Below, one piece after another: positions 11,440 to 27,633 of a stretch of 64,000 bases of DNA; positions within the stretch are counted from its first letter, which is position 1, and each line of letters opens with the position of its first letter. Location: assembly GCF_000026545.1 (NCBI RefSeq), contig NC_011601.1; one strand, written 5' to 3'. The position numbers and the translations under genes were made by a program. This DNA is from Escherichia coli O127:H6 str. E2348/69. GTDB taxonomy: Bacteria > Pseudomonadota > Gammaproteobacteria > Enterobacterales > Enterobacteriaceae. The notes below the pieces were generated by a model. That model worked only from the letters and a program-made list of their open reading frames with translations. It was not told the origin of the DNA and ran no database searches.

Positions 11440-11880
11440 ATGACCATACAGCAATGGTTATTCTCATTTAAAGGGCGTATTGGACGCCGTGATTTCTGGA
11501 TTTGGATAGGCCTGTGGTTCGCAGGCATGCTGGTGCTTTTCTCACTGGCGGGTAAAAATTTACTTGATATTCAGACCGCGGCGTTTTGCCTTGTGTGCTT
11601 GCTTTGGCCAACAGCGGCAGTAACCGTTAAGCGCTTGCATGATCGCGGGCGTTCCGGCGCATGGGCATTTCTGATGATTGTGGCGTGGATGCTGCTGGCG
11701 GGTAACTGGGCAATTTTACCGGGTGTCTGGCAATGGGCGGTGGGGCGTTTTATCCCGACATTGATTCTGGTGATGATGCTTATCGATCTTGGTGCGTTTG
11801 TTGGCACACAAGGCGAAAATAAATATGGTAAAGATACCCAGGATGTGAAGTATAAAGCCGACAATAAATCAAGTAATTAA
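11440..11880 (+). CDS. yiiR: Inner-membrane protein YiiR (DUF805)
   Basis: 146-aa hydrophobic ORF; synteny with K-12 yiiR. Confidence 0.85.
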   Translation: MTIQQWLFSFKGRIGRRDFWIWIGLWFAGMLVLFSLAGKNLLDIQTAAFCLVCLLWPTAAVTVKRLHDRGRSGAWAFLMIVAWMLLAGNWAILPGVWQWAVGRFIPTLILVMMLIDLGAFVGTQGENKYGKDTQDVKYKADNKSSN

Positions 11881-12091
11881 CCTTTAATATATCTCTTACT
11901 GCTATTTTTTTCCGGGATTGTTATTTCCACGATGCAAGTGACAATGCCCGGAAAATCCTTCTGAACTCTTCACCTTAAGCAATATCAAAAAAAATGGTAA
12001 TCCATAAGATCATTACTTGTTTGTTCTTCCTTTAACGGCGCATTATTCTTAAGTCGTAATCGACAGAGAGGCGAATATACAGAGGTGCCCT

Positions 12092-12391
12092 ATGAAAGAT
12101 GTCGTAGATAAATGCAGTACTAAAGGATGTGCGATTGATATCGGTACGGTGATTGATAACGACAACTGTACCAGTAAGTTTTCGCGCTTTTTTGCCACCC
12201 GCGAAGAAGCTGAGTCCTTTATGACCAAACTGAAAGAGCTTGCCACCGCTGCATCCTCTGCGGATGAAGGGGCCAGCGTGGCCTATAAGATTAAGGATCT
12301 GGAGGGGCAAGTTGAGCTTGATGCGGCCTTCACCTTCTCATGCCAGGCCGAGATGATTATTTTTGAGTTATCACTGCGTTCGTTAGCTTGA
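12092..12391 (+). CDS. yiiS: Conserved protein YiiS
   Basis: 99-aa ORF immediately upstream of uspD; synteny with K-12. Confidence 0.8.
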   Translation: MKDVVDKCSTKGCAIDIGTVIDNDNCTSKFSRFFATREEAESFMTKLKELATAASSADEGASVAYKIKDLEGQVELDAAFTFSCQAEMIIFELSLRSLA

Positions 12392-12417
12392 TGGAGTTGC
12401 TTTAGAAGGAGTTAAAT

Positions 12418-12846
12418 ATGGCTTATAAACACATTGGCGTGGCAATTTCCGGGAATGAAGAAGATGCCTTACTGGTGAATAAAGCCCTGGAGCTCGCCAG
12501 ACATAATGACGCTCACCTGACGTTAATTCATATTGATGATGGCTTAAGCGAGTTGTATCCGGGTATCTACTTCCCTGCAACAGAAGATATTCTTCAATTG
12601 TTGAAGAATAAGTCGGATAACAAGCTGTATAAACTGACGAAAAATATTCAATGGCCGAAGACAAAACTGCGTATTGAACGCGGAGAAATGCCGGAAACAC
12701 TGCTGGAAATTATGCAAAAAGAGCAGTGCGACCTCCTTGTCTGTGGTCATCACCACTCATTTATCAACCGTTTGATGCCGGCATATCGCGGGATGATCAA
12801 TAAGTTGAGTGCGGATCTCTTGATCGTGCCGTTTATCGACAAGTAA
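12418..12846 (+). CDS. uspD: Universal stress protein D
   Basis: 142-aa [30 protein letters not shown]; Usp fold. Confidence 0.88.
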   Translation: MAYKHIGVAISGNEEDALLVNKALELARHNDAHLTLIHIDDGLSELYPGIYFPATEDILQLLKNKSDNKLYKLTKNIQWPKTKLRIERGEMPETLLEIMQKEQCDLLVCGHHHSFINRLMPAYRGMINKLSADLLIVPFIDK

Positions 12847-12850
12847 CCGC

Positions 12851-13597
12851 TTACCAGTAATGCTCCGCTGTCATATGGCCCGGTCGGCGACGTAAATGTT
12901 TCGTCATCTGCCGGGTCTCCTTCAGCAACTGTTGTGTATCGCGCACCATCTGTGGATTGCCGCACAGCATCACATGGCTGGTTTCTTTATTCATCGGCAG
13001 GCCAACCGCGCTTTCCAGTTCACCACTTTCAATTAACGCCGGTAATCGCCCAGTGAGCGAACCCGCAGCCGTTTCCCGACTGACCACCGTCTGAATGCGC
13101 AGTTTCCCCTCGTAGCGTTTTTCCAGTTCCTGCATCAGAGGTAGATAGCTTAAGTCGGCGGCATATCGTGCGGCGTGAACCAGCACCATGTTTTTGAAGC
13201 GTTCTAAATCTTTGCCCAATTGCAGAATCGATAAATAAGGGCCAATCGCTGTACCGGTTGCCAGCATCCATAGCGTTTCGCAATCTGGTACTTCATCCAG
13301 CACAAAGAAGCCAGCGGCTTCGCTAACCACCTGCACTTCATCGCCCGGTTTCAGTGCCGCCAGTCGCGGGCTTAATTTGCCATCGGGGACGGTGACCAGG
13401 TAAAACTCCAGATCCGGATTATCGGGCGAGTTAACATAGGAGTAGGCGCGCTGAACGCGTTCGCCTTCAATTTCAAGGCCAAGTTTGGTGAATTGCCCGG
13501 CGGTAAACGGAAGCACGGGAGCGTGAACGGTGAGACTAAACAGGGCGTCGGTCCAGTTCTGCACTTTAGTGACTTTGCCTGTTACCCAATCAGCCAT
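12851..13597 (-). CDS. fpr: Ferredoxin/flavodoxin-NADP+ reductase
   Basis: 248-aa ORF MADWVTGKVTKVQNWTDALFSL...; matches Fpr as recalled. Confidence 0.93.
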   Translation of the reverse strand: MADWVTGKVTKVQNWTDALFSLTVHAPVLPFTAGQFTKLGLEIEGERVQRAYSYVNSPDNPDLEFYLVTVPDGKLSPRLAALKPGDEVQVVSEAAGFFVLDEVPDCETLWMLATGTAIGPYLSILQLGKDLERFKNMVLVHAARYAADLSYLPLMQELEKRYEGKLRIQTVVSRETAAGSLTGRLPALIESGELESAVGLPMNKETSHVMLCGNPQMVRDTQQLLKETRQMTKHLRRRPGHMTAEHYW

Positions 13598-13693
13598 GTT
13601 TTTCTCCTGTTTTGATTGACTTGCCTTATCTTCGTTCTCCGAACAAAAAAATTCCAGTCCCGAAGGACTGGAAGGCTCAATCGATCAAATCAC

Positions 13694-14704
13694 TCAGAGA
13701 ATGTGCACCTGCATTTCCGGGTCTTTACGATCCAGATAGTGGATGGACTGAATGCGACGAATGGTGCGTGATTTACCACGGATCAGCAGCGTTTCGGTAG
13801 TCGCGATATTGCCTTTGCGGCTAATGCCTTCCAGCAGATCACCTTTGGTGATGCCGGTGGCAGAAAAGATGACGTTGTCGCTGCGCGCCATATCGCCCAA
13901 ACGCAATACTTTACCGGCTTCGATGCCCATCGCTTTGCAGCGTGCCAGCTCCTGCTCGCCAATGCGACGATTCTCTTCGTTGTCGCCTTTGACGTCATGA
14001 CGTGCCAGCAGACGACCATTCATGTCGCCATCTAATGCGCGGATCACCGCCGCAGAAACCACGCCTTCCGGCGCGCCGCCAATGCCGTACAGTACATCGA
14101 CTTCACTGTCCGGCATACAGGTGAGAATTGAGGCCGCCACATCGCCATCCGGAATAGCAAATACGCGTACGCCGAGTTGTTGCATTTCTGCGATAACGGC
14201 ATCGTGGCGCGGTTTTGCCAGAATCGTTACCGTCAGTTCGCTCAACGGTTTGCCGAGCGCCGCCGCAACATTGCGCAGGTTATCCGCCAGCGGCAGGTTC
14301 AGATCAATGGTGCCTTTGGCTCCCGGTCCGACGATCAGCTTCTCCATATACATATCTGGCGCGTTGAGGAAACAGCCTTTATCGCCTACTGCCAGCACCG
14401 CCAACGCGTTAGCCTGGCCCATCGCCGTCATGCGCGTGCCTTCAATCGGATCAACAGCAATATCTACCGCGTCGCCGCGACCAGTACCGACTTTTTCACC
14501 AATGTAGAGCATCGGTGCTTCGTCGATTTCACCTTCACCAATGACGATGGTGCCGTCAATGTTGACCTGGTTGAGCATAATACGCATGGCGTTTACCGCC
14601 GCGCCGTCCGCGGTGTTTTTATCGCCGCGTCCTAACCATTTGTAGCCAGCCAGCGCCGCTGATTCGGTGACGCGGGAAAATTCGATGGCAAGTTCTCGTC
14701 TCAT
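13694..14704 (-). CDS. glpX: Fructose-1,6-bisphosphatase class II
   Basis: 336-aa ORF MRRELAIEFSRVTESAALAGYKWLGRGDKN; last gene of the glpFKX operon. Confidence 0.95.
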   Translation of the reverse strand: MRRELAIEFSRVTESAALAGYKWLGRGDKNTADGAAVNAMRIMLNQVNIDGTIVIGEGEIDEAPMLYIGEKVGTGRGDAVDIAVDPIEGTRMTAMGQANALAVLAVGDKGCFLNAPDMYMEKLIVGPGAKGTIDLNLPLADNLRNVAAALGKPLSELTVTILAKPRHDAVIAEMQQLGVRVFAIPDGDVAASILTCMPDSEVDVLYGIGGAPEGVVSAAVIRALDGDMNGRLLARHDVKGDNEENRRIGEQELARCKAMGIEAGKVLRLGDMARSDNVIFSATGITKGDLLEGISRKGNIATTETLLIRGKSRTIRRIQSIHYLDRKDPEMQVHIL

Positions 14705-14809
14705 AGCAAACTCTAAGCAGTAAGGAATGGCGCGAAGTGTAGCACAGGGGAAGGGCGGGATTATTGATGTGTGCGGGGTTGCCCCCGCACGGTTTCAGAG
14801 TCTGCGTGA

Positions 14810-14870
14810 TGCCGGATGTGTATCCGACTCGTAGGCCTGATAAGACGCGCAAGCGTCGTATCAGGCAATC
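14810..14870. repeat. REP element between glpK and glpX
   Basis: GATGCCGGATG...GTAGGCCTGATAAGACGCGCAAGCGTCGTATCAGGC. Confidence 0.7.
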
Positions 14871-14874
14871 ATTA

Positions 14875-17251
<2,377 letters not shown>

Positions 17252-17470
17252 AATCGGATCCTGAAGAGTTAATGTTTGTTGTATGCGTGAAAGTCACGGA
17301 CCTCCACGATGCTTGTAGGCATGCTGTAAACTTATCGTTAACGAGCAAAAACGAGAAATATCGAACTTAAAATGTGTGTGCTTCGTCATAAAATGAGCGT
17401 TATCGCGCCATTTGTTCCATCTGATTGTACATGATGCATGTCTGTTAGATCATTCGCGCAACAAATTTAT
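17252..17470 (-). promoter_or_regulatory. glpFKX promoter/operator region (expected GlpR operators and CRP sites)
   Basis: AT-rich ~400-bp non-coding region upstream of glpF; assignment based on the known organisation of the glpFK control region, individual sites not resolved by eye. Confidence 0.4.
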
Positions 17471-17627
17471 TAACATTTTCGATTGGTGTGGATTATGTCA
17501 CCAGGAGAAGGATGAAAAGTGTAGCAAACCGTAATCTGCAAGGCGTGCCGCTGGACAGCGATGGCGCGGCTTCATACAATCGGAGCTAACTAAAGTGCGC
17601 TCGTATTTATTAAGGCGTCACCGGTAA

Positions 17628-17921
<294 letters not shown>

Positions 17922-18005
17922 TTACACTTCATCTTTCGCGTAATTTCTTTACTGTGTAGGCCAACAGGTAACGCAGAAAAAAGGCACCTTGCGGTGCCTT
18001 TTCTA

Positions 18006-18491
18006 TCATTCAATATCCAGCGGATCTTCTGAAAGAATAATCCCGGTATTGTCGGCATAAAGATGGTCGCCGGAGAAGAAGGTGACACCGCCAAAATTGA
18101 CGCGGACATCGCTTTCGCCAATGCCTTCGCCAGCGGCACCAACCGGAATTGCCGCCATCGCCTGGATGCCGATATCCAACTCTTCCAGGTCATCTACCTG
18201 ACGCACCGCGCCGTAAATGACCAGACCTTCCCATTCATTTTGTACTGCCAGACGCGCCAGTTCAGCATCGACCAGTGCGCGACGAACAGAACCTCCGCCA
18301 TCGACGACAAGAACACGACCACGGCCATTCTGTTCGAGCAGATCGTACAGCAACCCGTTGTCCTCGAAACATTTTACCGTGATTATTTGTCCGCCAAACG
18401 ACGCCCGTCCGCCAAAGTTGGAGAACAGCGGTTCCACGACGTTAACATCTTCTTGATAGATGTCACAAAGCTCGGAAGTATCGTATTTCAT
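18006..18491 (-). CDS. rraA: RNase E regulator RraA
   Basis: 161-aa [31 protein letters not shown]; matches RraA as recalled. Confidence 0.92.
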
Positions 18492-18583
18492 AGGCTTAAC
18501 ATTCAGTTGCTGCGAGAATTTTCAGTATATCGCGCTATGTGGGCTGTTGGCAAAATCATCAATTGTTAATTGATATTTGTCAG

Positions 18584-19510
18584 TTATGCTGCCCACTGGC
18601 TTAGGAATATCCCTAAAACAAACAGCAGGTTAGTCAGTAACGCTCCTTTGACAGTGCGTTCCAGCATTGGTCGCATCGCCACCGGGTCCATTTCGCGCAT
18701 CACATAACGAGCTTGCTTCACCAGCAACGGTGCCGCCAGCAGGAACAGCCAGCCCCACAGGCTATGCAGCGAAAAGAGATTAAACAGCGCCAGACACACC
18801 AGAGAGCCCATCAGCAGGCAGGCATGATAACGACGTGCGTTTACTGCGCCTAAGCGCACCACCAGCGTGTTTTTGCCGTTTTCGCGGTCGCTATTGATAT
18901 CACGCAGGTTATTAATGTTCAGTACTGCCGTTGCCAGCAGGCCGCATGCGGTTGCCGGAAGGATCAGTGCCGGAATCAATGTATGAGCCTGTAAATACCA
19001 GCTCCCCATGACGCTCAACCAGCCAAAGAAAACCAGTACGGAAATATCACCCAAACCGATATAACCATAAGGACGATTGCCCACGGTGTAGGTGATAGCG
19101 GCAATGATCGACAACCCACCAAGAATCAGGAAACCGACAAAATCGGCCAGCGTATGGCACGCCACTGCAACCAGTGCCAGCCCGGAAAGACAGATGAGCA
19201 CAACGGTAATAATGAGCGCCCGTTTCATCTCTTGCTGGGTAATGACCCCTTTTTGCATGCCGCGTAGCGGCCCAATGCGGTCAGGTTTATCGCTGCCTTT
19301 TACCGCATCGCCGTAATCATTGGCGAGGTTAGAAAGGATCTGTAATAGCCCGGCGGTAATCAATGCCAGCAGGGCGACCAGTGGATCGAAGTGACCTTGC
19401 CACCATGCCAGCGCCGTCCCGACGATAATTGCAGCAAAGGCGAGGGGGAGGGTTTTAGGTCGTAAACTTTCCAGCCACGCCTGAGTTCGGCTAATTTGTT
19501 GTTCAGTCAT
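18584..19510 (-). CDS. menA: 1,4-dihydroxy-2-naphthoate octaprenyltransferase
   Basis: ORF 18584..19522; start MTEQQISRTQAWLESLRPKT gives 308 aa; polytopic UbiA-family prenyltransferase. Confidence 0.92.
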   Translation of the reverse strand: MTEQQISRTQAWLESLRPKTLPLAFAAIIVGTALAWWQGHFDPLVALLALITAGLLQILSNLANDYGDAVKGSDKPDRIGPLRGMQKGVITQQEMKRALIITVVLICLSGLALVAVACHTLADFVGFLILGGLSIIAAITYTVGNRPYGYIGLGDISVLVFFGWLSVMGSWYLQAHTLIPALILPATACGLLATAVLNINNLRDINSDRENGKNTLVVRLGAVNARRYHACLLMGSLVCLALFNLFSLHSLWGWLFLLAAPLLVKQARYVMREMDPVAMRPMLERTVKGALLTNLLFVLGIFLSQWAA

Positions 19511-19576
19511 AATACGCGCCAATAAAAATGGGGCCTTTCAGCCCCATCAAACAATGATGAAAATGATTGAACGCGA

Positions 19577-20908
19577 TTATAGGATAAAACGGCTCAGATC
19601 TTCATCTGCCACCAACGCATCCAGATGTTTGCTCACATAATCTGCGTCAATAGTGATAGTTTGACCGCTTAAATCGCTGGCGTCGTAGGAAATCTCTTCC
19701 ATTAAACGCTCCAGAACGGTATGTAAACGACGAGCACCGATGTTTTCGGTAGATTCGTTCACCTGCCATGCCGCTTCCGCGATGCGCTTAATACCGGAGT
19801 CGGTAAACTCGATATTTACGCCTTCAGTCGCCATCAGTGCTTTGTACTGCACGGTAATAGAGGCATTCGGCTCGGTCAGAATACGCTCGAAGTCGCTGGT
19901 GGTCAGTGCCTGCAGCTCAACGCGGATTGGCAGACGACCTTGCAGTTCCGGGATCAGGTCAGACGGTTTCGCAATCTGGAACGCGCCAGAAGCGATAAAC
20001 AGAATGTGGTCAGTTTTGACCATCCCGTGTTTGGTGGAAACAGTGCAACCTTCTACCAGCGGCAGCAGGTCACGCTGAACGCCTTCACGAGAAACATCCG
20101 GACCGGAAGACTCGCCGCGCTTACAGATTTTGTCGATTTCGTCGATAAACACGATCCCGTGCTGCTCAACAGCGTCGATAGCATCTTGCTTCAGCTCTTC
20201 CGGGTTCACCAGTTTCGCCGCTTCTTCTTCAATCAGCAGCTTCATGGCGTCTTTGATTTTCAGCTTACGCGCTTTTTGCTTCTGACCGCCCAGGTTCTGG
20301 AACATGGACTGCAGCTGGCTGGTCATCTCTTCCATGCCCGGAGGAGCCATAATTTCAACGCCCATCGGTGCTGCGGCAAGATCGATCTCGATTTCTTTGT
20401 CATCAAGCTGGCCTTCACGCAGTTTTTTGCGGAATGCCTGACGAGCAGCGGACGGTTCCTGCTGCTGTTCGGTCTGTCCCCAGTTGTTTTTAGCAGGTGG
20501 GATCAGCACGTCGAGAATACGTTCTTCTGCCAGTTCTTCAGCGCGATAACGGTTTTTCTCGATAGCCTGGACGCGTACCATTTTCACGGCGGCATCGGTC
20601 AGATCGCGAATAATAGAATCCACTTCCTTACCGACATAGCCCACTTCGGTGAATTTGGTCGCTTCAACTTTGATGAACGGCGCATTCGCCAGCTTAGCCA
20701 GACGACGGGCGATTTCAGTTTTACCGACACCGGTCGGGCCGATCATCAGGATATTTTTCGGGGTCACTTCATGGCGCAGCTCTTCGTTGAGCTGCATGCG
20801 ACGCCAGCGGTTACGCAGAGCAATCGCCACGGAACGCTTGGCGTTGTCCTGGCCGATGATGTGCTTATCCAGTTCGCTGACGATTTCGCGTGGGGTCATT
20901 TCAGACAT
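19577..20908 (-). CDS. hslU: ATP-dependent protease ATPase subunit HslU
   Basis: 443-aa [23 protein letters not shown] with Walker A GPTGVGKT. Confidence 0.96.
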
Positions 20909-20917
20909 GGGAGATCC

Positions 20918-21448
20918 TTACGCTTTGTAGCTTAATTCTTCGATGGTGTGGAAATGGTTGGTATAGATGCAAATGTCGCCTGCAATATCCAACGCCTTTT
21001 CAGCAATTTCACGGGCGCTAAGTTCAGTGTTTTCTAACAGCGCGCGCGCCGCAGCCTGGGCGTAAGGGCCGCCAGAGCCGATAGCAATAAGATCGTTTTC
21101 TGGCTGCACCACGTCACCGTTACCGGTGATGATAAGCGATGCAGTTTCATCCGCGACTGCCAGCAGTGCTTCAAGTTTGCGCAGCATGCGATCGGTACGC
21201 CAGTCTTTCGCCAGCTCAACGGCGGCTTTGACCAGATGGCCCTGATGCATTTCCAGTTTACGTTCAAACAGTTCGAACAGCGTAAAAGCATCCGCAGTAC
21301 CGCCCGCAAAGCCCGCGATGACTTTGTCGTTGTACAGACGGCGGACCTTTTTCACGTTGCCTTTCATTACGGTATTGCCCAACGTGGCCTGACCATCACC
21401 AGCGATGACCACATGGCCGTTACGGCGTACGCTTACTATAGTTGTCAC
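20918..21448 (-). CDS. hslV: ATP-dependent protease peptidase subunit HslV
   Basis: 176-aa [23 protein letters not shown] (N-terminal Thr nucleophile after Met). Confidence 0.96.
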
Positions 21449-21540
21449 GAGCTGACCCCTTGGTTACGAATACAGAGTACAAACCCCGTACAAAAGTACG
21501 GGGCATAATGCAATTATAGATGGGGGGGATTTTGAGGGTT

Positions 21541-22425
21541 TCAACCCCCGGCGGCGAGCCGAATGCAGTTTGTATGACCCGCCATCTTCAAGCGATTGAG
21601 GGTGCTGTCTGCGTTCTCTTTGCCTTTCACCGGGCCAATCACCACACGATTCCAGCCATTGTTGGTGGTAATTTTTGAGTCAAAGCCTTCGAACGCCAGC
21701 TGAGCACGTACCGTCTCTGCCTGTTCCGCGCCTCTGAACGAACCGCACTGCACCATCCAGCGGCGTTCGTCTTTTTTCTCCGCCGTCGGTTTTGGCGCGT
21801 CAGCGGCACGAGCAACCGGCGCAGCTTGCTGCGGCTTCGACTGCGCGGTCGTGTGCGCAGGGGTTTGCAGCAGATCCTGGTACGGCTGCTGAGTAGAAGC
21901 CGGTTTAGACTGGCGCGGTTGCGCCTGTACCGGCGCGGCTTGCGACGTACGCGTCTGCTGCTGCCAGCTTTGTTCAGTCGTACGCGACTGCTGAGCCAGG
22001 CGTTGCTGCTCCGCTAATTGCTGCGCCTGACGCTGGCGCATATCAGCCTGCATTTGCTCAAGAAGCTGGCGTTGTTCTGGTGTCAGTTGCTCCGGCGTTT
22101 TCACTTCACCACCGGCAGAAGGTTCTGTAGGCGCACGCACACCCGGCTGGCGACTTTCCAGCTCTTTGATGTAGCGCCAGCGTTCTTCTGGTTTTGGTGG
22201 TAGTCCGTTTCCGGTCACTTTCTGGCTTTGCAGCGTCTCGGACTCTTCTTTCTTGTGATGCGTAATGAAGTACAGACCACCGATAAAGGTCACAAGAACG
22301 GCGGCAGCAATAGCGACCATAGCGGGAGAAACCGCAGGCAGATTTCGTTGCTTTTTCCGTGAGGTGCTCTTTTTTCGCCGCGAAGGTGCCGGTTGGCTGC
22401 GGCGTACATAATCTCGTTGTGCCAC
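21541..22425 (-). CDS. ftsN: Cell-division protein FtsN (294 aa; apparently 25 aa shorter than the K-12 protein)
   Basis: ORF MAQRDYVRRSQPAPSRRKK...SPOR domain at the C-terminus; Gln-rich linker appears to lack a block present in K-12 FtsN (319 aa) as I recall it. Confidence 0.9.
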   Translation of the reverse strand: MAQRDYVRRSQPAPSRRKKSTSRKKQRNLPAVSPAMVAIAAAVLVTFIGGLYFITHHKKEESETLQSQKVTGNGLPPKPEERWRYIKELESRQPGVRAPTEPSAGGEVKTPEQLTPEQRQLLEQMQADMRQRQAQQLAEQQRLAQQSRTTEQSWQQQTRTSQAAPVQAQPRQSKPASTQQPYQDLLQTPAHTTAQSKPQQAAPVARAADAPKPTAEKKDERRWMVQCGSFRGAEQAETVRAQLAFEGFDSKITTNNGWNRVVIGPVKGKENADSTLNRLKMAGHTNCIRLAAGG

Positions 22426-22516
22426 TATCGTTTCGCTGTATTTATTCGTTCGTCAGCCCGCCATGTTACTTAAGCGGCGGGCCTTTGACCAGTCACGGCA
22501 GTCTTAAAGGTTTACT

Positions 22517-23542
22517 TTAAGGTAACGCGCGTGTTGATCCCCGGATGATAAGTTCGCAGTCCATTAAACGAGAGCCACTGCCAACGTGTTGCCCCTGCAT
22601 TTGATCAAGCAATAACAGCATAGCTTCCCGACCGATTTCGTAACGCGGCTGCGCGATGGTTGTCAGCGGCGGATCACAAAATTGCGTCAGGTCGATGTTA
22701 TCAAAACCGATTATGGAAAGGTCTTCCGGTACTTTCAGCCCCTGGCGTTTTGCCTGCGAAAGTGCGCCGAGCGCCATCACATCGCTATGGCAGAAGACAG
22801 CAGTAGGCGGTTGTGGAAGATCAAGCAGCTGTTGCATTGCTTTGCTTCCGGCTTCGAAGGTGAAGTCGCCACGGGCGATGTATTGCGGATCAACCATAAT
22901 GCCGCAGCGACGCAGCGCCTGAACGTAGCCTTGCAGGCGGTAGTGACACAGCGGCATCTCTTCGGGACCGGCTATACAGCCAATCCGTTTATGCCCTTGC
23001 TCATATAAATAATTTACTGCATCAAATGCGGCGGTCAGATTGTCGATATGAACTGTAGGCAGCTCCAGTTCCGGTGCAAATTCGTTCGCCATCACCATCG
23101 GCGGCAGATTACGCTGTTCCTCAATGCTGGCATCAAACGGCAGCCTTGAACCCAGCAGCAACATGCCATCAATTTGCTTGGTGATGATCAAATCGATAAA
23201 GGTTTTTTCCTGCTGATTTTGATGCGCACAGTCGCCAATCAGCACCAGATATCCGTGATTTGCCGCCGTAACTTCGATACCGCGAATAATTTCGCTAAAG
23301 AAAGGGTCGCAGATATCCGGGACAATCACCAGAATAGTGCGGGATTCATTACGCTTGACGTTGCGCCCCATAGGCTGTGGTAAATAACCCACTTCCCGGG
23401 CCGCTTTTTCAACCCGATTACGAGTGGTCTGGGAGACTTTATCGGGATTCATTAATGCTCGGGAGACGGTCGCTGTAGAGACTTTTGCCTTGAGGGCAAC
23501 GTCTTTCATGGTCGCGGCAGTTTCCTGCTTCTTCGCTTTCAC
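22517..23542 (-). CDS. cytR: LacI-family nucleoside regulon repressor CytR
   Basis: ORF 22517..23548; the canonical 341-aa protein MKAKKQETAATMKDVALKAKVSTATVSRAL would start at the third ORF codon, recalled as a GTG start in K-12. Confidence 0.93.
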   Translation of the reverse strand: MKAKKQETAATMKDVALKAKVSTATVSRALMNPDKVSQTTRNRVEKAAREVGYLPQPMGRNVKRNESRTILVIVPDICDPFFSEIIRGIEVTAANHGYLVLIGDCAHQNQQEKTFIDLIITKQIDGMLLLGSRLPFDASIEEQRNLPPMVMANEFAPELELPTVHIDNLTAAFDAVNYLYEQGHKRIGCIAGPEEMPLCHYRLQGYVQALRRCGIMVDPQYIARGDFTFEAGSKAMQQLLDLPQPPTAVFCHSDVMALGALSQAKRQGLKVPEDLSIIGFDNIDLTQFCDPPLTTIAQPRYEIGREAMLLLLDQMQGQHVGSGSRLMDCELIIRGSTRALP

Positions 23543-23697
23543 ACTCACTCCTCGCCTGGCACGTCAGGCGTACTACATCCATGTTTACTTCACATCGGCA
23601 ACATTTTTAGCAGATAGCGCGTGAAAACGGTTACAGAATTTTCATGAAAAGTGTGATGAATATTGAATTTTTCGATCCGCCTCGCATCGTGAGCGGT

Positions 23698-26055
<2,358 letters not shown>

Positions 26056-26059
26056 TTAG

Positions 26060-26311
<252 letters not shown>

Positions 26312-26326
26312 GACCGGATTTCCGAA

Positions 26327-26352
26327 AAAAGCGCCGCACGGCGCTTTTTTTG
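26327..26352 (+). terminator. Rho-independent terminator downstream of rpmE
   Basis: AAAAGCGCCG-CAC-GGCGCTTTTTTT. Confidence 0.85.
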
Positions 26353-26371
26353 TGCCTGAATTTTGGTCGTA

Positions 26372-26980
26372 TTACCAGGAAAACAGCGGCCATTCTTTGG
26401 CGACCGTGGTGAGTTGTGGCGCGTCGAAAACGGCTTGTGGTGAAACTACCGTTTCCTCAAGCGGAATATTTTTGCCGTAGCGTTCTTTGAGCTTTGCCTG
26501 AACCAGCGGGTTACTAAGATCGAACTCTTTCAGCTTCTGCTGCTCGCCCACACGCATTCCCAGCGCATTCTGGTAGACCTTCCACACCACTTCCGAACAG
26601 TACTGGCGATCGTCGCTCCATGAGAAGCTGAAGTCATACGATTTACCGAGATAACGTTTTGCCGTTTGCGCCAGTTTTTGCTGTTGTTCAACACTCAGTC
26701 CGCCTTCAACGCGGCGAACAACGTATTTGCCCTTTTCACCATGGGCGATCCACTGCTTGAGTGGGGTGTATTTCACCGGGCCGACCGCTTCAAAAACGTA
26801 GGGCTTTTTGTTACGCATCACCAGCATACCGGTGTGGCTGTAATCGGAATGGGTCGCCAGTTGGATCGCTTTACTTTGCGATGAGCGAGAGATTTGAAAG
26901 ATGATGTCGCCAGTTTGCGGCTGCCAGGCAAAGGCAGGCACAGAAACCAGCAGGCTGAGGATCAGTAGCCTGATTTTCAT
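26372..26980 (-). CDS. yiiX: Secreted conserved protein YiiX
   Basis: 202-aa ORF with signal peptide MKIRLLILSLLVSVPAFA; synteny with K-12. Confidence 0.85.
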   Translation of the reverse strand: MKIRLLILSLLVSVPAFAWQPQTGDIIFQISRSSQSKAIQLATHSDYSHTGMLVMRNKKPYVFEAVGPVKYTPLKQWIAHGEKGKYVVRRVEGGLSVEQQQKLAQTAKRYLGKSYDFSFSWSDDRQYCSEVVWKVYQNALGMRVGEQQKLKEFDLSNPLVQAKLKERYGKNIPLEETVVSPQAVFDAPQLTTVAKEWPLFSW

Positions 26981-27039
26981 CGTTAAACGTCCATGTATGA
27001 AAAAAGCGGCTGGTTAACTCCGCGCCGCTCTTTTCCGCT

Positions 27040-27357
27040 TTAGTATTCCCACGTCTCCGGGTTAATCCCCATCTCACGCATGATCTCTTTTGCCGCTTCC
27101 GGGATTTCGTCGCTGCGCTCTTTACGCAGGTCGGCATCATCCGGCAAAGGTTGCCCGGTAAAGGCATGCAGAAACGCTTCGCACAGCAGCTCGCTGTTGG
27201 TCGCGTGACGCAGGTTGTTCACCTGACGACGCGTGCGTTCATCGGTGAGGATTTTTAACACCTTAAGAGGAATGGAAACCGTAATTTTTTTGACTTGTTC
27301 ACTCTTCTTGCCGTGCTCAGCGTATGGGCTGATATATTCGCCGCTCCATTCAGCCAT
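27040..27357 (-). CDS. metJ: Methionine repressor MetJ
   Basis: ORF 27040..27495; canonical start [45 protein letters not shown] gives 105 aa. Confidence 0.95.
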
Positions 27358-27544
27358 GAGATACTTAATCCTCTTCGTCAATAAATTGAGGCCAGACCAC
27401 ACAATTAATATGGGTACTGACCGTAAACCCGCATAGTTTACCGTACAGGCGTTACCGTGACATCGTGTAATGCACCTGTCGGCGTGATAATGCATATAAT
27501 TTTAACGGCTATTTGAGATTTGCTCAATCTATACGCAAAGAAGT

Positions 27545-27572
27545 TTAGATGTCCAGATGTATTGACGTCCAT
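27545..27572. promoter_or_regulatory. MetJ operator (tandem met boxes) in the metJ / metBL divergent promoter region
   Basis: Tandem 8-bp repeats AGATGTCC-AGATGTAT-TGACGTCC resembling the AGACGTCT met-box consensus, ~70 bp upstream of the metB start. Confidence 0.7.
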
Positions 27573-27633
27573 TAACACAATGTTTACTCTGGTGCCTGAC
27601 ATTTCACCGACCAAGCCCAGGGAACTTCATCAC

